From: Mycolicibacterium pyrenivorans
GTDB lineage: Bacteria; Actinomycetota; Actinomycetes; Mycobacteriales; Mycobacteriaceae
Direction of reading: 5' to 3'
Assembly: GCF_025821625.1 (NCBI RefSeq)
Contig: NZ_JACKSH010000259.1
Location: forward strand, 13,347-45,346
DNA length: 32,000 nt
Position numbers and translations under genes: made by a program. Below the pieces are notes generated by a model that saw nothing but the letters and a program-made list of their open reading frames with translations, was not told the origin of the DNA and made no database searches. This document shows, piece by piece, positions 22,210 through 30,477 of this stretch. Positions within the stretch are counted from its first letter, which is position 1. Each line of letters begins with the position of its first letter.

Positions 22210-25200
22210 CGACCGCCCCTTCCGAGAGCGCGAACAGGGACCGCAATTCCCGCGTCGACAGCTCTGTCAGCCAGCCCTCGCCGTCCCGCATCGCCAGATC
22301 TGCCAACGCCCTCTTCTGCTCGATCATGTCGTCGATACGCTCCTCCAGAGTCCCCGTGCAGATGAACTTGTGCACCTGCACCTTTCGCTTCTGACCGATC
22401 CGGAAGGCGCGGTCGGTCGCCTGGTTCTCGACAGCCGGATTCCACCAGCGATCGAGATGCACGACGTGGTTGGCTGCGGTCAACGTGAGGCCGGTGCCAC
22501 CGGCCTTGAGCGACAGGATGAAGATCGACGGCCCGGTGCCGGACTGGAACGCCGCGACCATCTCGTCGCGGCGCACCTTCGGGGTGCCACCGTGCAGATA
22601 GGCGACGTCCCGCCCGAATCGGGCCGACAAGTGCGGCACCAGCATTTCGGCGAACTCGGTGAACTGCGTGAAGCAGAGCACCCGATCCCCTTCGGAGAGG
22701 ATCTCTTCGAGGATCTCGTCGAGCCGGATCAGCTTGCCCGACCGCTCGCCGATCGGTGACCGGTCGTGCAGCAGCTGGGCGGGGTGGTTGCAGACCTGTT
22801 TGAGCTTGGTCATCGCGGCGAGCACATTGCCGCGTCGGGTGATCCCGTCCGCGTCCTCGATCCTGGTCATCATGTCGTCGACCACCACCTGGTACAGCGA
22901 AGCCTGCTCGGCGGTGAGACGACAGTACTGCTTGATCTCGATCTTCTCGGGCAGGTCGTCGATGATCGTCGGATCGGTCTTGACGCGACGCAGGATGTAG
23001 GGACGGGTGATCGTCCGCAACCGCTCGGCCGGTTCGGTGTGGCCGTGCTTCTCCACCGGGATCGCATAGCGGGTGCGGAAGACCTCCGGGGTACCGAGCA
23101 CCCCGGGGTTGAGGAAATCCACGACCGCGTACAGCTCGGCGAGCCGGTTCTCTACCGGGGTGCCGGTCAGCGCTACCCGGTGACCTGCGTCCAGACGGCG
23201 AACAGCCTTCGCGCCTCGAGACAATCGGTTCTTCACCGCCTGCGCTTCGTCGAGTACCACCCGGTGCCAGCGACGCTCGGCCAGCTGCTCGATGTCGCGG
23301 ACGGCTGTCGCGTAGGTGGTGACCACCACATCGGAATCGGCGACGCGCTCGTCGAACGCATCCCCGCGGCACCGCCCACCGCCGTGGTGTGCGTAGACGC
23401 GCAGTCCGGGCGCGAACTTCGCTGCTTCGCGCTGCCAGTTGCCGACCAACGACATCGGGCAGATCAACAACGTAGCGCCCAGCGACGAACCCTCGCGCCG
23501 TTCGGTGGCTTCCAGCGCCAGCAGCTGGACCGTCTTGCCCAGACCCATGTCGTCGGCCAAGCAGGCGCCCAGTCCTAGAGTGGACAGGAAAGCCAGCCAG
23601 GACAGGCCGCGCTGCTGATACGGGCGCAACGTGGCGGTGAAGTCGGCCGGCGGCTCGCACGGCTGAAGCGTCGTCGACACGGCACCGTCGAGCAGATCGC
23701 CGAGCCACCCCTGCGCCCGCACCCCGACGACCTCAAGCGGCACTTCGGCTTCGTCGACCCCGGCGGCCAGGGCCAATACCTCGCCGACGGTGGCGGTGCC
23801 GGTTCTGTTGCGCTCCAGAAACTCCATCCCGCGTCGCAGCTGATCGGGATCGACGGCTACCCACTGGCCGCGCAACCGCACCAACGGCGCCTTCGCCGCG
23901 GCCAGTGCGGCGATCTCGTCATCGGTCAGGGTGTCGTCCCCGACCGCCAGATCCCACCGGAAGTCGACCAGCTGATCACGGCTGAACCGGCCGGCGCCCT
24001 CGACGACCCCGTCCACCGGGGTGCCCGCCGAGGCGGTCAGCCCCACCCGGCGGCGCCGATCCCACCACGACGGCAGCAGCACCCCGAACCCGGCGCCGTC
24101 GAGCAACGGGGCCACCGTCGACAGGAAGCGGTAGGCGCCGTCGGTGTCCAGATCCAGCCCCGTCGGTCGGGCGGTACGCAAACCGGGTGTGAGCTCCGGA
24201 TAAACACGCACCGCGCGGCCCAATTCGGTGAGCAGCAACTCCTGCGGGCGGTCCAGCCAGCGGCGCAGACCTCCTTCGTCGTCCCACACCGTTGCGGCAT
24301 CGACCAGCAGGCTCAGATCCGACGCCGACTGCAGCAGAAACTCCACCCGCCACCCGGGCTGACCGTCGTCGGTGTCAGTGTCGGTGAGCCGGAATGTCGC
24401 CCTCGCCGGGCCGCTCTGACTGGAACCGATCGCCTCCCAGGGCGCCAATTGCTCTGCCAGCACAGCGATATCGTCGTCGACCGCATCGAACCGACCGTCG
24501 GTACCCGACAACGCGGCCAGCCAGGCCTCCGCCGCGGGCAGTTGCCGAGGACGTCGGCCGCGCCGAGGCGGGGTCAGATCCAGCCCGGCCGGCAGCGCAG
24601 CCCGCACCGACGCATCGACCAGTGCTTCCACCGCTGAACCGACGAGGGCGTCCGGGGCGATGTCGGGTGAGTGCGCGCGGCATGCCGGCGGCATCGCGGC
24701 GGCCAGCGAGTTCAACGCGACGACGTCGTGTCCGGCGAACACCGGCCGCCACCGCGCCGTCGGCCCGAATTCGTCGACGGCGACGGTCGGCAACACCTGC
24801 CCGCATCGCGCCAGGCTCACCGCGAACTCGGCGACCGCGGCCAGGAAGCGCATCGTCGCGCCGTAGCGGATGTCGGTGCGCGCCTCGTCGAACACCGCCA
24901 ACGCCTCGGCGGCGGGCAACCTCACCACCGGTACCGTCCACGGCAACAACGCAGGCGGGCTTTGCGGGGATCGTCGCGGCACCGCGCGGAACAACTCGGG
25001 AGAATCCAGCGGCGCCGTCCGCACCGAGGGCAACCGCAGGACCTCGGTATCGGCCTGTCCCCCGACCAACGCCGCCACCACGTCGGCGTGCGCGGCGAAG
25101 GGGTGCGGGCGGGCGGTGCGCATGGCCTGGCTGTGACTCTTCACGGTGCGGTCGGGATCCTCAGCCCACAGGCACAGTCCGCTGGTCGCCGCACCGCCGG

Positions 25201-25228
25201 GTGACCAGAACCCATGAAGCACCAGCAT
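22202..25228 (-). CDS. helZ: SNF2-family helicase/translocase HelZ
   Basis: LADDMGLGKT (motif I), VLDEAQAVKN (motif II) and SLKAGGTGLTLTAANHVVHLDRWWNPAVENQATDRAFRIGQ (motifs V-VI), preceded by a ~550-aa N-terminal region as in mycobacterial HelZ. I place the start at ATG 25228 (MLVLHGFWSP). Confidence 0.95.
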   Translation of the reverse strand: MLVLHGFWSPGGAATSGLCLWAEDPDRTVKSHSQAMRTARPHPFAAHADVVAALVGGQADTEVLRLPSVRTAPLDSPELFRAVPRRSPQSPPALLPWTVPVVRLPAAEALAVFDEARTDIRYGATMRFLAAVAEFAVSLARCGQVLPTVAVDEFGPTARWRPVFAGHDVVALNSLAAAMPPACRAHSPDIAPDALVGSAVEALVDASVRAALPAGLDLTPPRRGRRPRQLPAAEAWLAALSGTDGRFDAVDDDIAVLAEQLAPWEAIGSSQSGPARATFRLTDTDTDDGQPGWRVEFLLQSASDLSLLVDAATVWDDEGGLRRWLDRPQELLLTELGRAVRVYPELTPGLRTARPTGLDLDTDGAYRFLSTVAPLLDGAGFGVLLPSWWDRRRRVGLTASAGTPVDGVVEGAGRFSRDQLVDFRWDLAVGDDTLTDDEIAALAAAKAPLVRLRGQWVAVDPDQLRRGMEFLERNRTGTATVGEVLALAAGVDEAEVPLEVVGVRAQGWLGDLLDGAVSTTLQPCEPPADFTATLRPYQQRGLSWLAFLSTLGLGACLADDMGLGKTVQLLALEATERREGSSLGATLLICPMSLVGNWQREAAKFAPGLRVYAHHGGGRCRGDAFDERVADSDVVVTTYATAVRDIEQLAERRWHRVVLDEAQAVKNRLSRGAKAVRRLDAGHRVALTGTPVENRLAELYAVVDFLNPGVLGTPEVFRTRYAIPVEKHGHTEPAERLRTITRPYILRRVKTDPTIIDDLPEKIEIKQYCRLTAEQASLYQVVVDDMMTRIEDADGITRRGNVLAAMTKLKQVCNHPAQLLHDRSPIGERSGKLIRLDEILEEILSEGDRVLCFTQFTEFAEMLVPHLSARFGRDVAYLHGGTPKVRRDEMVAAFQSGTGPSIFILSLKAGGTGLTLTAANHVVHLDRWWNPAVENQATDRAFRIGQKRKVQVHKFICTGTLEERIDDMIEQKRALADLAMRDGEGWLTELSTRELRSLFALSEGAVGD

Positions 25229-25486
25229 CCAGACCGACCCTCTCTCGCCGTTGCGCCGTGGACAGCCTGCCACGACACGGCGACAGCACGCGCGTCACTG
25301 CGTTGAGGGGTGAGACGCGATTGGTCAAGTCTGAAATGCGTGGGTTGGCTACCGCACGACGGGACTTTCGGCACGGGCGGCCCCAGGTCTGCGACTCAGG
25401 CGTCAAACACGATGCCATACGGCATGATTGGTAATCTTGCCGCGTGTTGACGGTTGATCTCCTCCGGGCTGAAGACGGCGGTGGGC

Positions 25487-25885
25487 TCACACACGAATAA
25501 CAGAGAGACCGGCGACACCGTCGAGTGCATCGAAGTCTCCGGCCTGGGTGACCACCGGCAATCGGCGCGATGCGGCGACTGCTGCGATCCACAGGTCGTT
25601 GATACGCACGCGTCGGCCGGTCTCAGCGAGATGGACACGCATCCGTGCACACAGGCGCGCCGCGTCCTCGTCCACGGGTAGCGCTGCCAGGTCGGCAACC
25701 GCGTCGAGTGTGGCCAATCGCTGTGCTCGGGTATCGGCGGAAGCGGCGGCGAGGACACCGGCGTTGAGTTCGGCCACCGTGATCACGGTGGTGGCCACTT
25801 CGTCCGGGAGCCGCGAAAAGTCCAGTGCTCGACCGCTTTCGTGTGCAATGAACACCGACGTGTCCAGCACACCTGATGTGGTCAC
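25487..25885 (-). CDS. vapC: VapC PIN-domain toxin
   Basis: GVLDTSVFIAHE, VAELNAGV, INDLWIAAVA, VVTQAGDF. The GTG start overlaps the antitoxin stop (GTGA). Confidence 0.9.
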   Translation of the reverse strand: MTTSGVLDTSVFIAHESGRALDFSRLPDEVATTVITVAELNAGVLAAASADTRAQRLATLDAVADLAALPVDEDAARLCARMRVHLAETGRRVRINDLWIAAVAASRRLPVVTQAGDFDALDGVAGLSVIRV

Positions 25886-26142
25886 CGCAGCGGCCCGAGG
25901 TCGTCCGTGGTTTCACCTGCGAGGTCGGCGAGGTCATCGCGCAGTCCTGGGTCGGCCTGGGCCCGGCGAATGCGGCTCACCAGCTCATCCCTGCTGAGCC
26001 ACCGACGCCGCGGAGCCTCGTAGGGGACCAGACGGGCAACGGGCCGGCCGTTGACCGTGACGGTGATGTCCTCGCCTGACTGGACGCGCCGGAGGAGGCC
26101 CGCTGTGCCATTGCGCAGCTCGCGGGAAGCGACTTCGCCCAT
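25882..26142 (-). CDS. vapB: Phd/YefM-type antitoxin partnered with VapC
   Basis: MGEVASRELRNGTAGLLRRVQSGEDITVTVNGRPVARLVP. I place the start at ATG 26142; upstream in-frame ATGs at 26160 and 26169 fall inside the direct repeats. Confidence 0.8.
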   Translation of the reverse strand: MGEVASRELRNGTAGLLRRVQSGEDITVTVNGRPVARLVPYEAPRRRWLSRDELVSRIRRAQADPGLRDDLADLAGETTDDLGPLR

Positions 26143-26150
26143 GCGACGAC

Positions 26151-26170
26151 CGTAGCACATTCGTAGCACA
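26151..26170 (-). promoter_or_regulatory. Direct repeats TGTGCTACG-aa-TGTGCTACG just upstream of the antitoxin start (candidate operator)
   Basis: Plus strand reads cgtagcacattcgtagcaca: a 9-nt unit repeated with an 11-bp period, ending 8 nt before ATG 26142. Confidence 0.4.
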
Positions 26171-26207
26171 ACCAGGGCGCAGCCTCAACGCGCGCAGACA
26201 AGCGGAT

Positions 26208-27371
26208 TCAGGCCGCGCGCAACGCGGAACCCCGCCGCGACGCCACCCTCTGCTGACGCCGCTTGCGGCCGCGCGGCGAAATTGCAGCGACGTCCGCGTC
26301 GCGGCCCGTGCCGAAGAAGTTGTCCGGGAGTGCCAGCCGGTGGATGATCCGCAGCGTCGAACCGTACTGGTGGGCCAGTGATTCCGAGTTGTAGGGCAGG
26401 CCGTACTTCTCGCACAGCGGCCGCACCCGTGCGGCGATCTCGGCGAGGCGGTTGCTCGGCAGGTCGGGGAACAGGTGGTGCTCGATCTGGTAGCAGAGGT
26501 TGCCGCTCGCGAACCCCAGCAGCCGGCCGGCCTTGAAGTTCGCCGCGCCCAGCATCTGCCGCAGGTACCATTCGGCCCGCGTCTCGGTCTGCAGCACGTC
26601 GGTGGTGAATTTCTGTGTGCCGGCGGGGAAGTGCCCGCAGAAGATCACCACGTAGGCCCACAGGTTGCGCAGCAGGTTGGCGACCGCGTTGGCCCCCATC
26701 GTCCGGCGCCACCGCTTGATGCTCAGCGCCGGCCACAGCGCGTAGTCCTTGAACCCCTGGCGGGCGATCTTCCCGAGCAGCGCCTTGACCTGCTGGCCTC
26801 TGCCGGCGTTGGTCCGTTCCAGGTCGACGTCGTGCAGCGCGATCCCCCACTCGAATGTCAACGCCAGGAACAGGTTCTGCAGCGGCTGCAGCAGGTGTTT
26901 CTTCTCCCAGGGCTGGTCGCGGGTCACCCGCATCACTCCGAACCCGAGGTCGTCGTCCTCACCCAACACGTTGCTGAACACGTGGTGGCGGTAGTTGTGT
27001 GCCGACCGCCACTGCGAGGACACCGCGACCATGTCCCACTCCCAGGTGCTCGAGTGGATCTCCGGATCGTTCATCCAGTCCCACTGGCCGTGGGACACGT
27101 TGTGGCCGATCTCCATGTTCTCGACGGACTTCGCGAAGCCGAGCGCCGCCGTGCCCAAAGTCCAGCCGATCTTGGACCGGGTGCCGACGACGAGCAGCCG
27201 CGCGACGACGTCGAGCGTCCGCTGGAACAGGATGGTGCGCCGGATGTAGGTCGCGTCGGCGGCCCCGCGGGAGTTCTCGATGTCGCTGCGGATCGTGTCG
27301 AGCTCGCTTCCGAGGCTCTTGATGTCTGCGGCACTGAGATGGGTGTATCGGGCGATGTCAGTGATGGCCAT
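26208..27371 (-). CDS. desA3: Membrane acyl-CoA (stearoyl-CoA delta-9-type) desaturase, DesA3-like
   Basis: His boxes HNVSH, HNYRHH and QIEHHLFPD. The N-terminus (MAITD...HLSAADI..LGSELD.IRSDIE.SRG..DA.YIRRTI) and the block GHNVSHGQWDWMNDPEIHSSTWEWDM match my recollection of M. tuberculosis DesA3 (Rv3229c). Confidence 0.9.
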   Translation of the reverse strand: MAITDIARYTHLSAADIKSLGSELDTIRSDIENSRGAADATYIRRTILFQRTLDVVARLLVVGTRSKIGWTLGTAALGFAKSVENMEIGHNVSHGQWDWMNDPEIHSSTWEWDMVAVSSQWRSAHNYRHHVFSNVLGEDDDLGFGVMRVTRDQPWEKKHLLQPLQNLFLALTFEWGIALHDVDLERTNAGRGQQVKALLGKIARQGFKDYALWPALSIKRWRRTMGANAVANLLRNLWAYVVIFCGHFPAGTQKFTTDVLQTETRAEWYLRQMLGAANFKAGRLLGFASGNLCYQIEHHLFPDLPSNRLAEIAARVRPLCEKYGLPYNSESLAHQYGSTLRIIHRLALPDNFFGTGRDADVAAISPRGRKRRQQRVASRRGSALRAA

Positions 27372-27525
27372 GCATTTCCTAGGTAGATCCAGCCGAAGGG
27401 CGTGGATCCAACCCTGAAACCGAAAATGAGGTGCCGGCCCGGGCGGCTTTCACGTTGAATGCGGCGGCGGGTCGGCGTGTTGGTTCAAGAGTACCCGTCA
27501 GTAGCATCGGCAAACGCTCCGCGGC

Positions 27526-27764
27526 TCACGCCCCCGGAAAGGGGGCCGGGCCGCGGGGCGCGGCCACCGGATGGCGGATCGTCCTGCCGGACAGCCGACG
27601 GTTGTGCATGGGTTCGCGCATCATCTTCTGGTGCTCGATCTGCCGGATGAGCTCGTGCTTGGCCTCGTGCAGAGCACGCATGAGATCCGCGTCGGGGAAA
27701 CGACGAATCCCGCACCGATGTGCACGACGAGCTCGCTCAGCGTGGGTCTTCGCTTGCCGGTCAT
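27526..27764 (-). pseudogene. Small ORF apparently split by a frameshift (~79 codons in total)
   Basis: ATG 27764 (GGTGAGG SD 5 nt upstream) opens MTGKRRPTLSELVVHIGAG with good codon bias. Near 27700 the coding-like signal moves to another frame: ..FPDADLMRALHEAKHELIRQIEHQKMMREPMHNRRLSGRTIRHPVAAPRGPAPFPGA, with its stop at 27526. The 239-nt span is not a multiple of 3. Confidence 0.35.
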
Positions 27765-27783
27765 CGCAACCTCACCACGGATA

Positions 27784-28806
27784 TCATTGTGGGACAGGCG
27801 AATAGCGTCGAGCCTGCTGCAACGTCGAGAGCACCGCGAGCGTCGACTCCGCGCCCTGGTTGAGGTTCACCCGGTCGGCGTGCAACCCGTCGAACCCGCC
27901 TCCCGTTTGCGGATCCCACATGGGCAGACCCAGGTCGTTGTCCCCCTGGAACCAGGCGGCCGCCAGGCGGATGCCCTCGGGCCACAACGGCCGCGGATCG
28001 GTGGCCGCGGCGCGCGCGCACGCGTCGGCCAGACTGGCCACCTCGATCGGCTGCTGATCGAACGCAGGCCGCGTGTCCCCCGGTCCGTGGCCCCCGTCAG
28101 GCGTCGGCGAGAGATGCCCGTCGGCCGTTTCGAAGTTCAGCAGCCACTCCAGCAGATCCAGGCCGCGCTCCCGCAGCGCAGGGTCGTCCAGCGCCACGCC
28201 GGCGGCGATCATCGCCTCGGCGACCACGGCGTTGGCGTAGGTGAGTCGCGGCTCAGGCCACGGCCATTCGGCGTCGCCCACGGATGTCGAGACGGACGCG
28301 GCGTAGTCGGTCAGAAGTTTGCGTGCCGCCGGATGCCCGGGTTGGACGCTGAGGAGTTCGGCGGCGCCGATCGCCGCGAACGCCATCGCCCGCGGGTGCG
28401 GGGATCTGGCCTCGGCGGCACGCTCGAACTGGATCACGGCCAGCCGACGAACCATGCTGACGTCGCTGTGCGCGGCCGCGGTGCCGAGTCCCCAGACCGT
28501 CCGGCCCCAGTGGTCGTCGGTGGTCGGTTTGTCGGTCCAGTGACCACCGCTGGTCATCCGGTTGCGGCAGGCGCCGTCGAAGGACTGCGCCTCGTTCAGG
28601 AACGTCAGGGCCTTGCCGGCCAGGCCGTTGACCTCGCCCGTGGACTCGGGTTCCCGGGTGGCGACGACGAGCACCCTGGCCATGTCGTCGGTGCAGTAGC
28701 CGTGCTCGCGGCGAGGTTCGGTCAGGAGGGCGTGCTCGAAGGTGGCGCGGTGGTCGGTCATGCGCAACAGGTGCGCGAAAACCGGCTGGGGGGTGATGTC
28801 GGTCAT
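27784..28806 (-). CDS. Conserved hypothetical protein co-translated with the GT4 glycosyltransferase
   Basis: 340 aa with good codon bias. Its ATG overlaps the upstream stop (ATGA). The sequence is Trp/Asp-rich and mostly helical-looking (..HWGRTVWGLGTAA.., ..WPWPEPRLTYANAVVAEAMI.., ..LLEWLL..). I cannot name the family. Confidence 0.75.
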   Translation of the reverse strand: MTDITPQPVFAHLLRMTDHRATFEHALLTEPRREHGYCTDDMARVLVVATREPESTGEVNGLAGKALTFLNEAQSFDGACRNRMTSGGHWTDKPTTDDHWGRTVWGLGTAAAHSDVSMVRRLAVIQFERAAEARSPHPRAMAFAAIGAAELLSVQPGHPAARKLLTDYAASVSTSVGDAEWPWPEPRLTYANAVVAEAMIAAGVALDDPALRERGLDLLEWLLNFETADGHLSPTPDGGHGPGDTRPAFDQQPIEVASLADACARAAATDPRPLWPEGIRLAAAWFQGDNDLGLPMWDPQTGGGFDGLHADRVNLNQGAESTLAVLSTLQQARRYSPVPQ

Positions 28807-29936
28807 GCAGCTGACAATCTTGCGGCCACGAGCCGTTGCGCCAGCGTGACGTAGGCGTTGGCGACGACGGGCCAGGCCATCGCCGGGGCGAGTTCGCGGG
28901 CCTGGGAGGCCATCGTGCCTGCCACCCGCGGATCGGTCAGGAGCCGGTGCAGGGCGCCCACCAGTGCGTCGGGGTCGTCGTGACCGACGACGGTGCCCGC
29001 GCCGCTGCCGAGTAGCTCGACGGCGTGGGGGAAGGCGGTGGCGACGATGGGCCGCCCGCTGGCCACCGAGTCCACCAGCACACCGGAGGTGACCTGGTCC
29101 TTGGAGTCGTAGGGCAGGACGACGACCGAGGCGGCCTGCATGAGCGTGGTGAGCGCCTCAGGGGTGCGGTAGGCGGAATCGAAGGACACCGAGTCCGCGA
29201 CGCCGAGACGCTGCGCCTGCGCGATCAGACTTTCGCGATAAGCCTCACCCTGGGTGGCGAGCACCTTCGGGTGGGTGCGCCCGGCGATGAGGTACCGCGG
29301 CGGGTGGGGAAGGTTCTTCAGCGTGGCCATCGCGTCGATGACACGCTCGATGCCCTTGCCCGGGCCCAGTAGACCCCAGGTCAGGATCGTCGGCTGGCCC
29401 CTGCGCATCAGGGCGGCGGTCTTGGGCAGCGCCGCGCCGTGCGGGATGGTGGTGACCTTGCGACGGTCGACGGTGAAGCCGGCGTACAGCCGTTCGCGGG
29501 CCGCCTCTGACATCACGACCACCTGGTCGGCGAGTGCGAGGACCTCATCGAGCACCGAACGTTGGTGCGGCGTCGGGTCTTTCAGGACGGTGTGGGCAAC
29601 GACGATGGACGGGACGTTCAGGCCCTTCATGATGTCGACGACCTCGTCACCGTCGGGACCGCCGTAGATGCCGTACTCGTGCTGGATGACGGCGACGTCG
29701 CGCTGATTGAGCAGCTCGGACGTCGCCGCGACCGACGGTGCGGAGCCGTTGACGAGCTCACCGACGACGTTCGGGCTCGCCGAGGGGGTCTCGTCGGCGA
29801 TGCGCACGACGTTGACGTCGACGCCCCTCGCCGACAGACCGCCGGCCAGGGCCGCGCTGAACGTCGCGAGACCGCACGCTGTCGGCGCGTACGTGCTGAG
29901 GATGCCGAAACTCGGTAGGTAGGAAAAGCTTTGCAT
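28803..29936 (-). CDS. GT4-family (GT-B fold) glycosyltransferase
   Basis: From ATG 29936: MQSFSYLPSFGILSTYAPTACGLATFSAAL..., then ..LTWGLLGPGKGIERVIDAM..YLIAGRTHP.., then VVLPYDSKDQVTSGVLVDSVASGRPIVATAFPHAVELL. This is the typical GT4 layout. The longer track ORF (to 30266) has a non-native N-terminal extension. Confidence 0.85.
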   Translation of the reverse strand: MQSFSYLPSFGILSTYAPTACGLATFSAALAGGLSARGVDVNVVRIADETPSASPNVVGELVNGSAPSVAATSELLNQRDVAVIQHEYGIYGGPDGDEVVDIMKGLNVPSIVVAHTVLKDPTPHQRSVLDEVLALADQVVVMSEAARERLYAGFTVDRRKVTTIPHGAALPKTAALMRRGQPTILTWGLLGPGKGIERVIDAMATLKNLPHPPRYLIAGRTHPKVLATQGEAYRESLIAQAQRLGVADSVSFDSAYRTPEALTTLMQAASVVVLPYDSKDQVTSGVLVDSVASGRPIVATAFPHAVELLGSGAGTVVGHDDPDALVGALHRLLTDPRVAGTMASQARELAPAMAWPVVANAYVTLAQRLVAARLSAA

Positions 29937-30105
29937 CCCAAAGGGAGCGGCTAAATGGTTGACCAACGATGGAGCATTCAAAATTATCCCGACCTGGGGC
30001 TGTTGCCACCGGCGTGACCGGCGTGTGTGAAGACTCGGGGAGACCAGCGCGAGTGCGCAGAAACTGATCCAAACCGGACTGCTGGGATTGCCAGCTGTGT
30101 TCAGT

Positions 30106-30187
30106 CTACACCCCACTGTCCAGACGTTCAGACCGCAACCAGGGCTGAGAAGTGCGAGAAGGCTTCGCCCGTGGCGCAGTCTCAAAC
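30106..30187. repeat. Dispersed repeat, copy 2 (core 30126-30187 plus short 5' part)
   Basis: ctacaccccactgtccagacgttcagaccgcaaccagggctgagaagtgcgagaaggcttcgcccgtggcgcagtctcaaac aligns with 30522-30604 at roughly 70-75% identity by eye. Confidence 0.55.
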
Positions 30188-30468
30188 CCGCCACGGGAGC
30201 GCACCGCCCGCTCCACACGCTCGAGGATCTGGAACCGCCTGTCGCCCTTGACCACACGGACGACAATCCACCCGGCGGAGGCGATGTACTGAGATGACCC
30301 TTCGCGGTGAGACCACAGCCACGCCATCGTCGCGCGCTGCTGCAGCGTCAGCTCGGTCAGTTTGGGTGCGTACACGTCGGGCAGCACTCGGCGGTAGAAC
30401 GTCCGAAGCTCATAGCGGGTCAGCGCCCCGCTCGCCAGCGCCTCGCTGCCCAGGAAGACCCCCTCCAT
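30106..30468 (-). pseudogene. Remnant of a DUF559/AbiEi-N-like gene with its middle deleted
   Basis: From ATG 30468, MEGVFLGSEALASGALTRYELRTFYRRVLPDVYAPK...LQQRATMAWLWSHREG is the typical N-terminus of ~300-aa mycobacterial proteins of this type. It joins directly to a typical C-terminal motif, AGWIVVRVVKGDRRFQILERVERAV. About 180 central residues are missing, and the last ~25 codons are encoded by repeat copy 2. Confidence 0.6.
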
Positions 30469-30477
30469 GACGGAAGG

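Noticed and set aside
25300-25370. gttgagggg...aagtctga... stretch upstream of helZ considered as another repeat copy
   Set aside because: It shares only the first 7 nt and a few scattered positions with the core, so it is not convincing by eye.
22206-25434. Alternate-frame and antisense ORFs over helZ (500 aa minus strand at 22206-23708; 346 aa plus strand at 24394-25434; others)
   Set aside because: The helZ frame carries SNF2 motifs I, II, V and VI end to end. The others are Arg/Pro-rich shadow frames.
26168-26195. Possible fifth, internally deleted copy of the dispersed repeat (acaaccagggc-gcagcctcaacg)
   Set aside because: Only ~11-12 nt match at each end of the core. This is too short to separate from chance in GC-rich sequence without a computed alignment.
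28803-30266. Full 487-aa version of the glycosyltransferase ORF
   Set aside because: The first 110 codons (Ser/Arg/Trp-rich, crossing an AT-richer promoter-like stretch) look non-coding. The GT4-like sequence begins at MQSFSYLPSFGILSTY (ATG 29936).
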